Part shown: piece after piece, positions 1 through 10,762 of the stretch
Layout: every line of letters begins with the position of its first letter
Numbering within the stretch: the stretch's first letter is position 1
NCBI GenBank assembly: GCA_026025075.1
Contig: JAPEUI010000127.1
Span: forward strand, 1-43,888
Length of the DNA: 43,888 nt
Direction of reading: 5' to 3'
DNA from: Vezdaea acicularis
Taxonomy: Eukaryota
Translations under genes and position numbers: made by a program
The notes under the pieces: model-generated
Database searches by the model: none
What the model was told of the DNA's origin: nothing
Seen by the model: the letters and a program-made list of their open reading frames with translations, nothing else

Positions 1-7
1 AACACTT

Positions 8-1487
8 CTAGCTTGAGGGCTTGAGCTTCATGGGCTGGCTCCCAATCCCGTTGTGGTTTCGGAAAAACAAGACGCCGCTCTTCTCGCCCGTCGTCCCTTC
101 GCAGGGCTCTACGAATTGGCACATCCGAGCACTCTTCCACATACTCTGTAGGAATCCGATTGGCCCGCCCTTAGTGTCGGATCTGTAATGCTTCCCCATG
201 ATTGGCTTGATAGCTTCGGTTGCCTCGTCCGCATGGTAGAAAGGAATGGTGGAAACATAGTGATGAAGGACGTGAGTTTCAATGATGCCGTGCAGGAGCT
301 GACGACCGATGAAGCCAAATTCGCGATCAATAGTGGCAGCAGCACCACGAACGTAGTTCCAAGCTTCGGGCGTGTAATGGGGCAACGATGGGTCGGTGTG
401 TTGAAGATACGTAATAGCCACTAGAATAGTTAGACAAAGTATAGACGGAGACTGTTGAGGGCAGCTCACCTAACCAGTGGTTGACCCATAGATACGGGAT
501 AAAGTACCAAACAGCGAGATTTGTCCATCCGAATTTGGTCCCAAGAGTATAAAGGACGGTACCTACAATGAGCAAGCCAAGATCGCTCAGTAAGATGTAC
601 TTCTCATCCTTCTTCTCATATAACGGGCTTGATGGGTAGAAGTGGTTGACTCCGCCACCCCAGCCGTTTTGCTTGCCGACACCCTTGCCTTCGGTTTGCT
701 TTTGATGATAGTTGTGTCCAGTAGTATTGTTGCTGATATAGAGGATCCAGCCGATAAGCTGTTGACCAAGCATATGGGTCGCCGTCCAGATTGGAATCTC
801 CTCCATGAGTTCCGAGACCTCTTCAATCATGACACGTACCCTCTTGGCGTATAGCTCACGAGTTCGGGGGACGAAAACCATATCACGTTCCATGTGACCG
901 GTTGCCTTGTGGTGCTTTCCATGTGAGATTTTCCATGAGAAATATGGGACTAAAAGCATCGAGTGACAGATCCACCCAACAGTGTCATTGAGAGTCTTTG
1001 AGGGAGAGAAAGACTGGTGGCCACATTCGTGAGCTAGAACCCATAGACCAGTCCCGAAAAGACCTTGTACGAAGGTGTAGAAAGCCCACAATCCCACACG
1101 TATTGGTTTCGAAGGAATATTCTCAGCCGTCACATAGTTGTGGAAGATATAGAAGGTGATTGCCAGACTGGCGATATCGCGAGCGACGTAGGCAAGACCG
1201 CGAGCGGCAGAACGCTCGAAGCAATGGGCTGGAATGGCACCACGGATCTGATTGATGGTGAAGTCTGGGACCTCAAACTCATTTCCGTATGTATCTATTA
1301 GTTTGCCGTCACTCAAAGTCTTCTCGTTCAAGTTCTCCGAAGAAATAGAAGAAAGTGAACTTGAAGAAGGTGACTGTTTGGGCGTATCGGAGGGCGAGGC
1401 GCTCTCGGAATTAGAGGAAGAGACAGCCGTGTCGTCGACAGCTGTTGGAGCAGGAACGCTCTTGCGAGCGATTGCTGGTGAAGCCAT
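8..1487 (-). CDS. odeA: Delta-12 (omega-6/oleate) fatty acid desaturase, FAD2/OdeA-like; exons 1487-470 and 420-8
   Basis: Three His boxes: HECGH, HGKHH, HVLHH. Family segments PDFTINQIRGAIPAHCF and WLVAITYLQHTDP. Intron 421-469 (GTGAGC..CTAAC..TAG) joins ORFs 327..1532 and 8..469 in frame. ATG at 1487 (MASPAIARK) preferred over 1532. Delta-12 versus bifunctional delta-12/15 cannot be resolved. Confidence 0.93.
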
Positions 1488-2993
1488 ATTTAATAAATGT
1501 TGGTGAGACACCGGAAGCCAGCTGAGATGCAAAGCAGATCCTCAATGCCTCTGGCCCTCGTATCTTAAGAGGCAGATATTTTGTTGAGGCGGTGAAGGAG
1601 AATAAGCTGAGGGTGAGACCCTGAAGCGAGAGTAAGTGAAGGTCCACAGATATGAAAAGCTCAATTGGCACAATGTGGAGGGTCTTACAATTACAGAGGG
1701 TCTCCAGAATTTTGGGAGGTTGGAGAAGGTGTAAGTGGAGTGGAAGGGTGAGGTGGGGGGGGTTTAAAAGAGAAGTCGTTGGACCTCGGGGCAGGCACAA
1801 GTGCTTTGTGTAGGAGATCCCTTGGCGCAGCTGGTGGGTTGCAGGAAAAAGAATTAGGCGAGGGGCCTGGGCGAGAATGTGGGACAAGCAACGGGCCAAG
1901 GCTGGCGGTCCAACCCGAACGACATTCGAACCATCCCGAGCACCTGCCCAATGATCGCCATCGTCCATCCCCCACTGGTGCATTATCTCGACGCCCTAGC
2001 TGCCTGGACGATGTCGATGCTCCATGCAATTGCCACGCCCGAGGGCCAATGGTCGTTCTTCACGAGTCGCGCGATGGGGATGGCGGGGGGACAGCTCGCT
2101 ACTATCGCATGCAAGCAGCCGCCACAGAAGGGGGGAGAGAGCTGTGCATCCATGGCTTCGATGTGCCTTCTGTATGGCCTATTCGTCGTCTTTGTGGCTT
2201 CACCGCCGGGTGCACATGCTTGCTGCTAAACACTGGCTGGTTGCCTTAAGGAGCTGAAACCACTTTCTCTCAGTCACAGTTTGTCCCTAGAGCTCTAGAG
2301 CTGCGGGACGTTGCTGCAGCCTTCTTCTCCATCATTCTGCCAGTCTCAGAATTCGGCCATATAGTTTTTCCTCCAGCTTCGCGGGAGCATCTGGAGATTG
2401 ACGATTGGCGTCCCATGGGCCGGCGGCGATAACCTTAGATTCTGCCCACGAGCGACCCTTGCCACCTGGAGGTGCGACTTTGTCGTCGTCCGACCAATAG
2501 CGATCCGTTGGGAAATTGGCGTCGATTCTGTTGAGGGGTCGGCCGCCTCTCGACTTGGTCGCTTAGGTAGCGGAGGCCGCCTGCATTCCCGACGCCGACG
2601 ATCCCTCGCTTTCGGACGGGGGGAGCAGCCTAACCCAGTCCAGGATGGGGCGATCCTTGTTCTGCTGATGGAGGGGCATCGACACCTTTTCCTTTCCTCA
2701 TATGTTGAACACCGCGTCCGAAGGTCGAGTAAAACTTCCTTGTAAATGATCGAAATGTTATCAACGAAGTCGAATAGGTCTGACGTAAGCAAACGCCGTT
2801 ATCATCGCGTCGACGGTGTCCTAACAGTCTTGCCTGCCGTTGTTCTGCCCTCCTTCACATGCTCGGTGGCATGAAGCCGAGGTGGAATGCTCGATCGTGG
2901 GTATGGATACTGACTCTCGACATGTGCCAATTGCTCCGATCGCTGATCAATTGCACTTCTCCAATTGGCCTACTCTGAGCATCGACGCACGCT

Positions 2994-4132
2994 TCAACCA
3001 CTGTATTTTCTGTTGAGCTTGCTCATGAGATCCACTGCTTGCGCTCGATAGCCTCCTCCAAAGAGTGCAAAGTGGTTCAAATAGTGATATCTATCAAACG
3101 ATTAGCTGACACTCTCATAACACACAAGGCCCACAAAGAATGTTAGGAACGAGTCTACCCACAACTCATAGAGCTTCAACCGATCCTCATACTCACCCAC
3201 CGGCTCCGTCCGCGGCACAAGACCGTGATACTCCTCCCAGAACGCCTTCCCAAACCCCCCAAACATCTGCATAATCCCCAACTCATACTCCGAATGCGCG
3301 TAACACGCACTCGGATCGAACACGACCTCCTCCACCCCCCCTTGCCCCGCGATCCTCCCCTTGGCTTTATTCCCACTCCACAAATCGCCATGGACAACCA
3401 CCGGTACCACGCCCCGGCCCCCGTTCAAATGGTCGTCTCCTAGCAGCCTAGGTACGACCTTCGCCGCCGTATCCTCCACCATACGTGCCAACTCTGCGTC
3501 GGAGCCGTTACTCCGCTGGCTCGCGCGCAGGATGGCCCGCAGCCTGTTCTCGGCGTAGAACTCTGCCCAGGAGTCCTTATAGCCGTTCGGTTGTTCCGTA
3601 GAGCCGCAACACGTCGGTACGGGGAAACCGAATTTTGCCTGCGCGTGCCCGGCGGGCGCGGGCGCGGGCGTGGAGTGCAGCTTTGCGAGTTTGGTCGCGA
3701 GGGACTGCCCGCTCCCTTTCTCGTCCTTACTCCCCTTGCTCTTCACGGAGACGGGGCTCATGTCGAGGAAATCAGTGACCAAGAACGAGCCGGATCCATC
3801 TGCCAATGTGCCGTTTGCGAGACTGGCGGGGCAGAGCGTAGGTACGACGTCGTGTATGGCGTTCAGAGAGGCATGTTCGCCTATACAGAATGAGTAGGTG
3901 GTCCTCAACCCTAATCCTCCTCTAAGCCAAGGGAGCCATCACCAGCGAACATGACGGCAGCACCCTGCCCCGTCCCCGTCTTGAGGAAATAGTCTTTCTC
4001 CATCCCGTCTACGACAGTGGTGATCTTTGCTGTCATCGAGAAGCCCGAGCCGCCATGCGAAGCGACTTTCGTCGTTGCGGGGTCGAGCTTCAGGGCAGCG
4101 ATGATGGCGGGGTCGAGCTTGGGCGGCGTCAT
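2994..4132 (-). CDS. Fructosamine/ketosamine-3-kinase family protein; exons 4132-3943, 3880-3163, 3090-2994
   Basis: Motifs YFLKTG, MFAGEHASLNAI, FGFPVPTCCGSTEQPN, VHGDLWSGN, FDPSACYAHSEYELG, LYELYHYLNH. Introns 3881-3942 and 3091-3162 restore one frame ending KLNRKYSG-TGA. Confidence 0.9.
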
Positions 4133-4353
4133 AATGTATACAGATATATCAATGAGCCTGAGAATAAACCTTTGAGAAGTGGTTCTGCACTACGTGGTTT
4201 TGCTTCATGATAGATGCCAGAAGGAGGAAAGCGGACATGACGTTTGCATGATTGAAAGCTCGTTCGCTTAGTTGGGATGTGAGTAAGTTACTCAATGGGC
4301 ATGAGTTTCTGTCAAAACGAAGGGCGCACAACTGCCAGCTTTCTGCCCCACCT

Positions 4354-4862
4354 ATGAGTACCCCTTCCTCCAAACCCTCAAAAACGATCTTGGCCCACAA
4401 GGGCCCTCCCCCCAACCGGATCAGCCTGAAGGTGGGCAGGCATCGTGGTGAAGTATAGAATCTTCCAATCGAGCCCTGTCCCCACCGCGAGCCCGGCCAA
4501 GCGGTGAGTATGGCTCCGGATTAGACCATTTGCAATGGGGTGAAGTGAAGTGGTTTGGTTTGAGATGATTTGACTCTGCAGAAAGAAGCACGGTTCGAAC
4601 GCGCGGTCTTCCTTTGATTAGACGAGAGCGGTAAATTTTGTTCTTATGTTTGGATTTGTGAACGGTGCGTTTTTACTGACTCTGCCATTGTGCCGGTGAA
4701 GGCGGTGATGGGGTGTGTAATGGGCGTTATGAGAGGGAGAGGGTTGAACACTTCCGGATGGGGGAGGTTGTGGGGGTTGGGAGGGATAAGAGCACAGGAA
4801 GTGTAGGTGGGAGGACGTGGTTTAAGATTACATTACATTATGTTACCGTCTCGTACAGCTAG
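4354..4862 (+). pseudogene. Putative spliced locus with two internal stops (pseudogene, lncRNA or recoded gene); exons 4354-4503, 4582-4630, 4702-4862
   Basis: Intron 4504-4581 (GTGAGT..TTGAC..CAG) and intron 4631-4701 (GTAAAT..TACTGAC..AAG). Spliced frame from ATG 4354 to TAG 4860-4862 has internal TAG 4456-4458 and TGA 4615-4617. No family recognised. Confidence 0.4.
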
Positions 4863-4927
4863 TTACGAACTGCTTAGTGTAGAATTGGGTATACTTCAGA
4901 ATCGAATGTCTCCCCCTTAACGTTCCA

Positions 4928-7690
4928 TTACACCTCAGCGTCCACTCTCCTGATCTTTCTCGCTCCCTCTCCCCTATCGAGCTCCGGACTCGCCGCATAG
5001 ACAGTCTCATACACACTCTCTTCATCTACAGCTCCACCCGCCCAGCCCCTCATCCCCTCCCATTCGTCCTCCCCTTCACCACCCACCACTCTCTCGCCAA
5101 GCTTCAGATATCTGCTCACAGCCCCTTTCGCAACGTCTTCATTGGCTTGACTGTCCATCTTCCGCAGCGTCAGGATCGACTGCCTGATCCCAGGTCCTTT
5201 CCCCGGCAGCGGTCTTGGCCCATGAACACTCCTCCGCTTCGCGCGCAGATCTCTAGCTTCTTTCAGATGCCCGCGCAGGGGCGATCCGCGCGAGGGGGTA
5301 TACACCGAAACGCTCCTATCAAGTCTCGTCTGAGGGCTTTTCGGGAGACTGTTGAAGCCTGAAATGGTCACACCGCCGTCTTTGTCAGGGAAGCTAAAGT
5401 CCCTGAGTAGGCTTTTCTTGCGCCCTCCATGTTCCGGCTGTATCGGAGACGGACCAAAGCTGGAACCTCGCGCGAGAAGGCTCCTAGAGCTGTCTTCGTG
5501 ATTGAGGGGTAGGGTGGCCGGTGAGCTGAGAATACTACTTCTCGCCCATCCGTTGCGTACGTCGTTGACCAGCGAGCGACGGCAGGGGTCCAACAGTTTT
5601 TCGGAGCGTGAGTGACTAGCTGAGGAACTGTAGTGGGTAGGCATGTTTGGTGTAGAGGCGTGAGACTGGTGCGACTGCCTCTGAGGCGAGCTTGAGGGAG
5701 TGGGAGCAAGGCTGGAGGATGAGCGTAGGTGCGTGGTAAAGGCACGGCGAGGAGCAGGGGTTGGCGTTACCACAGGGGGGCTGTGGGTAGGGGAAGGTGA
5801 CACGCTCTCGTGCTCTTCAGGGAGATACGAGTATATTACTGGTGTTGGAGTGAAGAGGCCGGTACCGCTGTGAATTGATCTCTGACGACGGTGACCGAGC
5901 TTCTTAAATGCGAGCATGGAGTTCGCAGCAGGTGGCGGGCGTAGAGCTAGCGTTGAAGGTGCGGTTGCGATGGTTGATCCCTGATGAATGGGAGAAGACG
6001 ATGGACTTAGGAAGGACGATGTAGGCGAAGACCTTTCCTGCTGCAGTGAGAATGATGGCGAGATATGGTTCGCTGAAATGGAGCGGAGGGCCTGAGCAGA
6101 GCGACGAGGGGTTGAAAAGGGGCTCGCGCTGCCGTGAGCAAGGGCTTGCTTCTCGACAAAAGACATACGCAGGGGAGTTTGAATTGTACTGGAGATACTT
6201 CCTGACCGTGAATGGCGCAACGACACGCTAAGAACACTAGACGAGGCGCCTACTGATGCGTGCGAAGTTGATTTGGAGGGATGGCGTTGCTTTCTGTGTT
6301 CGGGAGAGGCAGACGCTTGTTGACAGGTCAAAGGGGCTCCAATCGCAGCAAGGGACAGGCGGCTACTTGCATCCCTTTGTAACTGGCTACCGACATACTC
6401 ATCCTTGGCTTGGTTACTTGAAATGCGCCTACTGTCGGAGCTTGAGATGTCTGCCTTATACTGACCGTCGAAGGTGCGTTTGACGGAAGAAACCGTCAGG
6501 CCCATGTCTGAGGAAACTTTCGATCCATGGTTTCCATCGAAGATACTCGCCACGTCGGACGCGTGGGATGAGAGGGGCGGAGACGCGGACTCTACAGACG
6601 TCTGTTGAGTGTAGTAGGCCCTTTTCGTTGCAGGTGTCACCTCTGAGATACGTAGTATCGAGCTATTGGCCGATTCAACACTCGAGAAGGAAGAGTGCTT
6701 CTTGGCATGGCCAAAGTGACGCTTAGAGGGAGAAGGAAGGGCTGGCACTGGCGATTCTGGTGTAGAACCTGAGCTTTGGTCATATACCGCAGAAATGCGT
6801 AGTCCCTGCGGTCCCCGTGGCCCTTGTGGTGTTGACACGGATGGCCTTTGAAGGTCCCTACTTGTGCGTTCGGCTTTTGAAGCTTTTTTGGTTGGAGACG
6901 CACATATTCTCGACCCTTTTGGCTTAGATCGACTGCATTCTCCTTTCTCTGTTGGCCATGTTGTTTCAGTAGAGCTGTCAGTGGCTGAGTTCTGATACGC
7001 ATCTACGGGCGGTCTAGAGCTTTCAGGGGAAATTGTGAGTGTAGGTCGACCCGTCTCTTCCACAGCAGGTGGCCATACCGTCTCAGTCGAATGCCTTGCC
7101 TCAGATTCTTGATACAAGATACAAGATTGACTAGAACCTTCAGGAATAGTGGACTCCCCCCGGGCCGGCAGAGGGTGATCTTCGGCTGACAGCTCGAATA
7201 TCTGGCCAGTCTGAAGTGTTGACCTAGATCTAGATAAGGAGCTTTCTGCGATATCAAAAAGCCCACTACCTAACGCCCCGGAGCGATTTGTTGAAAGAGG
7301 ACAAGACGCTGTTGGCTTCGAAAAACTCTTTGAGCCTTTTGAAGCGTCTAGCCCGGCAATCGGGTTTTTAGATGAACTGTAAGTCGTATGTGTACCCTTC
7401 AAGACCACCGGAGTGTGCCGAGATTCCCGGAACTTTGTAAGTGCAGAAGCACGCTTCTTAGCATCATTGTGAGGCTGAGCCATAAAAAGATCCCCCAGAC
7501 CTTCATAGCTACCTTGCTCGGATACAAGGCGGTGCTGCGCAACCGATAGGAGGCGCCTCTGCCGAGCTCGAAGGACCATGACCATCACAATTGCTAAGAA
7601 TACGAAAACGAAGATCGAACCTCCCACGGCAATCCCCACGATAGTACCCGCACTTGGCAAGAAGGCTGTAGCCGACCCTTGCGTCGCCAT
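4928..7690 (-). CDS. Hypothetical single-pass membrane protein with a long Ser/Pro-rich, probably disordered tail (920 aa)
   Basis: Uninterrupted 2.76-kb ORF. First ATG is 7690 (7693 is GTG). N-terminal hydrophobic helix IVGIAVGGSIFVFVFLAIVMVMVL followed by basic RARQRR. No domain recognised. Confidence 0.85.
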   Translation of the reverse strand: MATQGSATAFLPSAGTIVGIAVGGSIFVFVFLAIVMVMVLRARQRRLLSVAQHRLVSEQGSYEGLGDLFMAQPHNDAKKRASALTKFRESRHTPVVLKGTHTTYSSSKNPIAGLDASKGSKSFSKPTASCPLSTNRSGALGSGLFDIAESSLSRSRSTLQTGQIFELSAEDHPLPARGESTIPEGSSQSCILYQESEARHSTETVWPPAVEETGRPTLTISPESSRPPVDAYQNSATDSSTETTWPTEKGECSRSKPKGSRICASPTKKASKAERTSRDLQRPSVSTPQGPRGPQGLRISAVYDQSSGSTPESPVPALPSPSKRHFGHAKKHSSFSSVESANSSILRISEVTPATKRAYYTQQTSVESASPPLSSHASDVASIFDGNHGSKVSSDMGLTVSSVKRTFDGQYKADISSSDSRRISSNQAKDEYVGSQLQRDASSRLSLAAIGAPLTCQQASASPEHRKQRHPSKSTSHASVGASSSVLSVSLRHSRSGSISSTIQTPLRMSFVEKQALAHGSASPFSTPRRSAQALRSISANHISPSFSLQQERSSPTSSFLSPSSSPIHQGSTIATAPSTLALRPPPAANSMLAFKKLGHRRQRSIHSGTGLFTPTPVIYSYLPEEHESVSPSPTHSPPVVTPTPAPRRAFTTHLRSSSSLAPTPSSSPQRQSHQSHASTPNMPTHYSSSASHSRSEKLLDPCRRSLVNDVRNGWARSSILSSPATLPLNHEDSSRSLLARGSSFGPSPIQPEHGGRKKSLLRDFSFPDKDGGVTISGFNSLPKSPQTRLDRSVSVYTPSRGSPLRGHLKEARDLRAKRRSVHGPRPLPGKGPGIRQSILTLRKMDSQANEDVAKGAVSRYLKLGERVVGGEGEDEWEGMRGWAGGAVDEESVYETVYAASPELDRGEGARKIRRVDAEV

Positions 7691-10210
7691 CACCAGCTGC
7701 TAACTACGTCTATCTTTTAAAACCTGAGTAAGCCTATGGCCATGCGCAAAATCAAAAGCTTCAAGAGATCTAATTCGAAGTGTCACATCACCACGTGAAT
7801 GTGCTGCTTGAGGGTCCTGCGAGCTGTTATTGCAGAGTCAGCGACGATTTTGCCGAAGAGGCACGATGACTTACTGGGCCGGAAGGACAGTCAGATATTG
7901 TGGTGGCCTCTGCCTTAGCTATATACGGTCTGTGTGGTATCCCCAAAGAACTACGGTACGCAACAAGACAAAAATCGACGAGAAGATAGCTAAGAAGGGC
8001 GATAGTAATGTGAATAAGAGCAGTATTCTAAGTTGTTCACGAAGGACTTGTTGGATGGAGACCTTCATGATAGTCAACAGATCGATAGAGACATCCGCGA
8101 AGGATGGGGAAGTGAGTTGTGACAACCGGGAAATTATATAGCATTCCTGTAAAGTCGATGTTTGGGGTCATGGTTGAATGACTCGCATGCAAGGGGCTCC
8201 GCAGATGACGAACGCAAAGAATGCTTCTCCATAAGCCTTTACGTAAGCGCGCCGGCTCTCTAATGTAACGATGTAGAACTGAGAAAGATTCCACTCGGAT
8301 CCTAGGATCATTGATTTTGAGGTACTTGACTCTCCAAGAATTGCGACAAATACCGAGTGATGGGTCGCATATCGGTCGCGATCTGGGGCATGCCGTCTCC
8401 GACCTTTGACCATTTGCGCCACTCTAGATGCTTGAAAAGACTTTTCGTCCATAAGACTTTTTCACGGGTGACTCTAGATTTCGAGGAGCCCCCTAGCACA
8501 AGTACCGGGGAGTTCGACGTCTGACCATCGAGAGCTGCACGCGTTGTCGATAGTGTATCGGCAATTGACACAATGCACCCAACACAGCAATGCTTGATGT
8601 TCTCAAAAAGAGTGGCAGCGGCAAGCCATGCCATTGCACCCTGGTCCATAGCCAAGTATGGCGATCGTACCTGGCGTGAATCCACATCTACCGATCAGAC
8701 CTTCAGTGATTATGTCCGTCTGAATCAGTGTGCTCGAACCTTTGAAGCCAGTGTCATAGTCTACTTTGCCATCGTTGGTCTCCCCGTCTGCGTCGCCCCA
8801 TGCGTAACCTGTAATTCTACCTAGAACATGAACTGATCGAGGGTCGCGAACGAGGACTCAGGCGGTCTCTGGGAGAGCTAAACGTGTCCCAAACTGGCAG
8901 CATTTGAGCCGGTCGTCTCCCGGTGGGTGAAGAAGAATGAGGACGTTGGTGAGCAAGTGAGTAAGAGGCTAAGGAGTGATAGTAACAGTCTCACCGCAGA
9001 AGTCGTCGATAGTGGGGAGACGGGGCAGGGCCATAGTCTAAAGGGTCTGGACGAAGTTTTTGAAGACAGATGCATCCAGAGATGAAGAGCTCCATAGCCA
9101 CTGATATTTCATACACCTTTCCGCGCCAGCGCGTGAAGTACTTCTCTTGGTGATACGGTACTGCGGTGGGGATTAGCTCGCACACAGGAAAGGACAAGCT
9201 TTTCTGCCAAGCGAAGGTTGCAGATCCGTGAAACCACGTCATATCGGCCCTGTCAGATGCTGGGGGCCGTATCAACCATCTCAAGGTAATCTCTTCAACT
9301 AACCTTCAGGCGTTATAGAGCTCTGAAAACCCCGCCATATTCTACCGGTATCTCTGTTGCTTTGCTGCATCGCGCGATTCTTGAATTGAGTCCGGGCTGA
9401 TGGGCGACACCGTCGAAGTCCTCCTTACATCGGTCGTCTTCAAGCAGGGGGTTTCGACGGCTGCTGCCCTGCGGTTGACAGGCACAAGATACGAACGACT
9501 TTGGTGACTTGGCAGCATGTGTATGTGCAGAAACCGGCATGGGATGGTGGTTTAGCAACCGCCTGGTTATGCCCGATGACTTCGATGTTTCCTATTGGTG
9601 CATTCATACTTTGACGTCGAAGATTGGGTTCGGGGGTTGAGTTTCGCAACAGAGCACCCTTGTAGAGCTGAAGGAGGAACCTCGCCGCTCTCCTGTTGGT
9701 CGATCTAACACGGCCGCCTGTTTAGGCCTTCGTCACACGGCATTAGCGACTGCCACCAGATGGTGTGATGGTGGGGGGTGGCCCGAATGCTCACCTTGAA
9801 ATGTCGGCCCCTCTCGAGGCGGGGGAGGTGGGGCAAGCTCGCGCCTTGGTCTAGACTGCTCGTGCGAACCTTGAATGCGGATTCACATATGAGAGGCTAT
9901 GATTGGGAGCTTGACAACTTCATTGACGCCAACTGTATGGCCCCGATAGTTGGCGCCCCTCTTCTCATTCACTGCCGCCGCCCGATTGTTGCATCATCCA
10001 CCGGACGAGCTATAAGAAGCTCCATTTCCCGCAACCATCCTTGGTCTCTCGAATTACGTTCGCATTTTTAACCCTCTTGAATTTAAGAGAACTCCACCTG
10101 CTCTGCACGGATCATTTCTAATTCTCAGCTCACCGACCTCCAATTGCAATCTCGATCTCCACCACGTTCTCCGAGCATTAGCCCTCACCCACTCCTTCAC
10201 CTCGGCAAAC

Positions 10211-10762
10211 ATGGTATTCGGATGGGGTCAGTGCTCTCCCCGCTCTCGTTTCATCATCTCACTTTTGCCTCTGTGTCTACTTGGGTTTGGCTTCTAATCT
10301 CTCTTCTACGCTGGCAGGTGATTCTCAGGACGCTTACCAGCAAGTCCAAGACCAGCCGAACGAGGCTAAACTCTCCCATGAAGTAATTGGCGGCGCCGCT
10401 GCCTTCGCAGGATTCAAAGCTTTCGAGGATCACCAGCGTAATGAGGGTGAGTCTGCCGAAATCCCTCACTCGCCTAGGAGTGCCCTCTCAAATCGAGAAT
10501 CCTAGACTGACAAGTGTTCCCTTCCAAAGGCAAGCCGGTCTCTCATGCTTTCGCTAAGGAGTTGCTGGCTGGGTTCGCAGGCGCTGAGGTTGATCGGCTC
10601 GCGGAGACCAAAGGCATGGACTTTTACGACAAGGAAGAAGCGAAGAGACATGCCACCGAATCTGCTGGGAACATGTACGATCAGCATTATGTCAACCAGC
10701 AGGGTGCGGATCAGTATGACCCTGGCCAGTACGACCGTCCACAGGCACTCCAGAACTACTGA
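10211..10762 (+). CDS. cipC: CipC-like / DUF3759 small protein; exons 10211-10226, 10318-10446, 10530-10762
   Basis: Spliced product MVFGWGDSQDAYQQV..EAKLSHEVIGGAAAFAGFKAFEDHQRNEGKPVSHAFAKELLAGFAGAEVDRLAETKGMDFYDKEEAKRHA matches the family pattern. Introns 10227-10317 and 10447-10529 are canonical. Confidence 0.9.

Noticed and set aside
1411..2792. Overlapping 77-190-aa ORFs upstream of the desaturase
   Set aside because: GC-rich promoter sequence; no recognisable domains or consistent splice structure.
4485..4606. tRNA-Ser(AGA)-like look: CGGCCAAGCGG A-box-like word, TTAGA and GGTTCGAAC B-box-like word
   Set aside because: No 3' anticodon stem, acceptor stem or correctly registered T stem; spliceosomal intron signals explain the region better.
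4615..4617. In-frame TGA as selenocysteine
   Set aside because: Sec machinery is not known in Ascomycota, I see no SECIS, and a second stop (TAG) is present.
7792..7797. CACGTG as a phosphate-regulon site for SYG1
   Set aside because: Single hexamer 4 kb away with another gene in between; I saw none in the SYG1 promoter.
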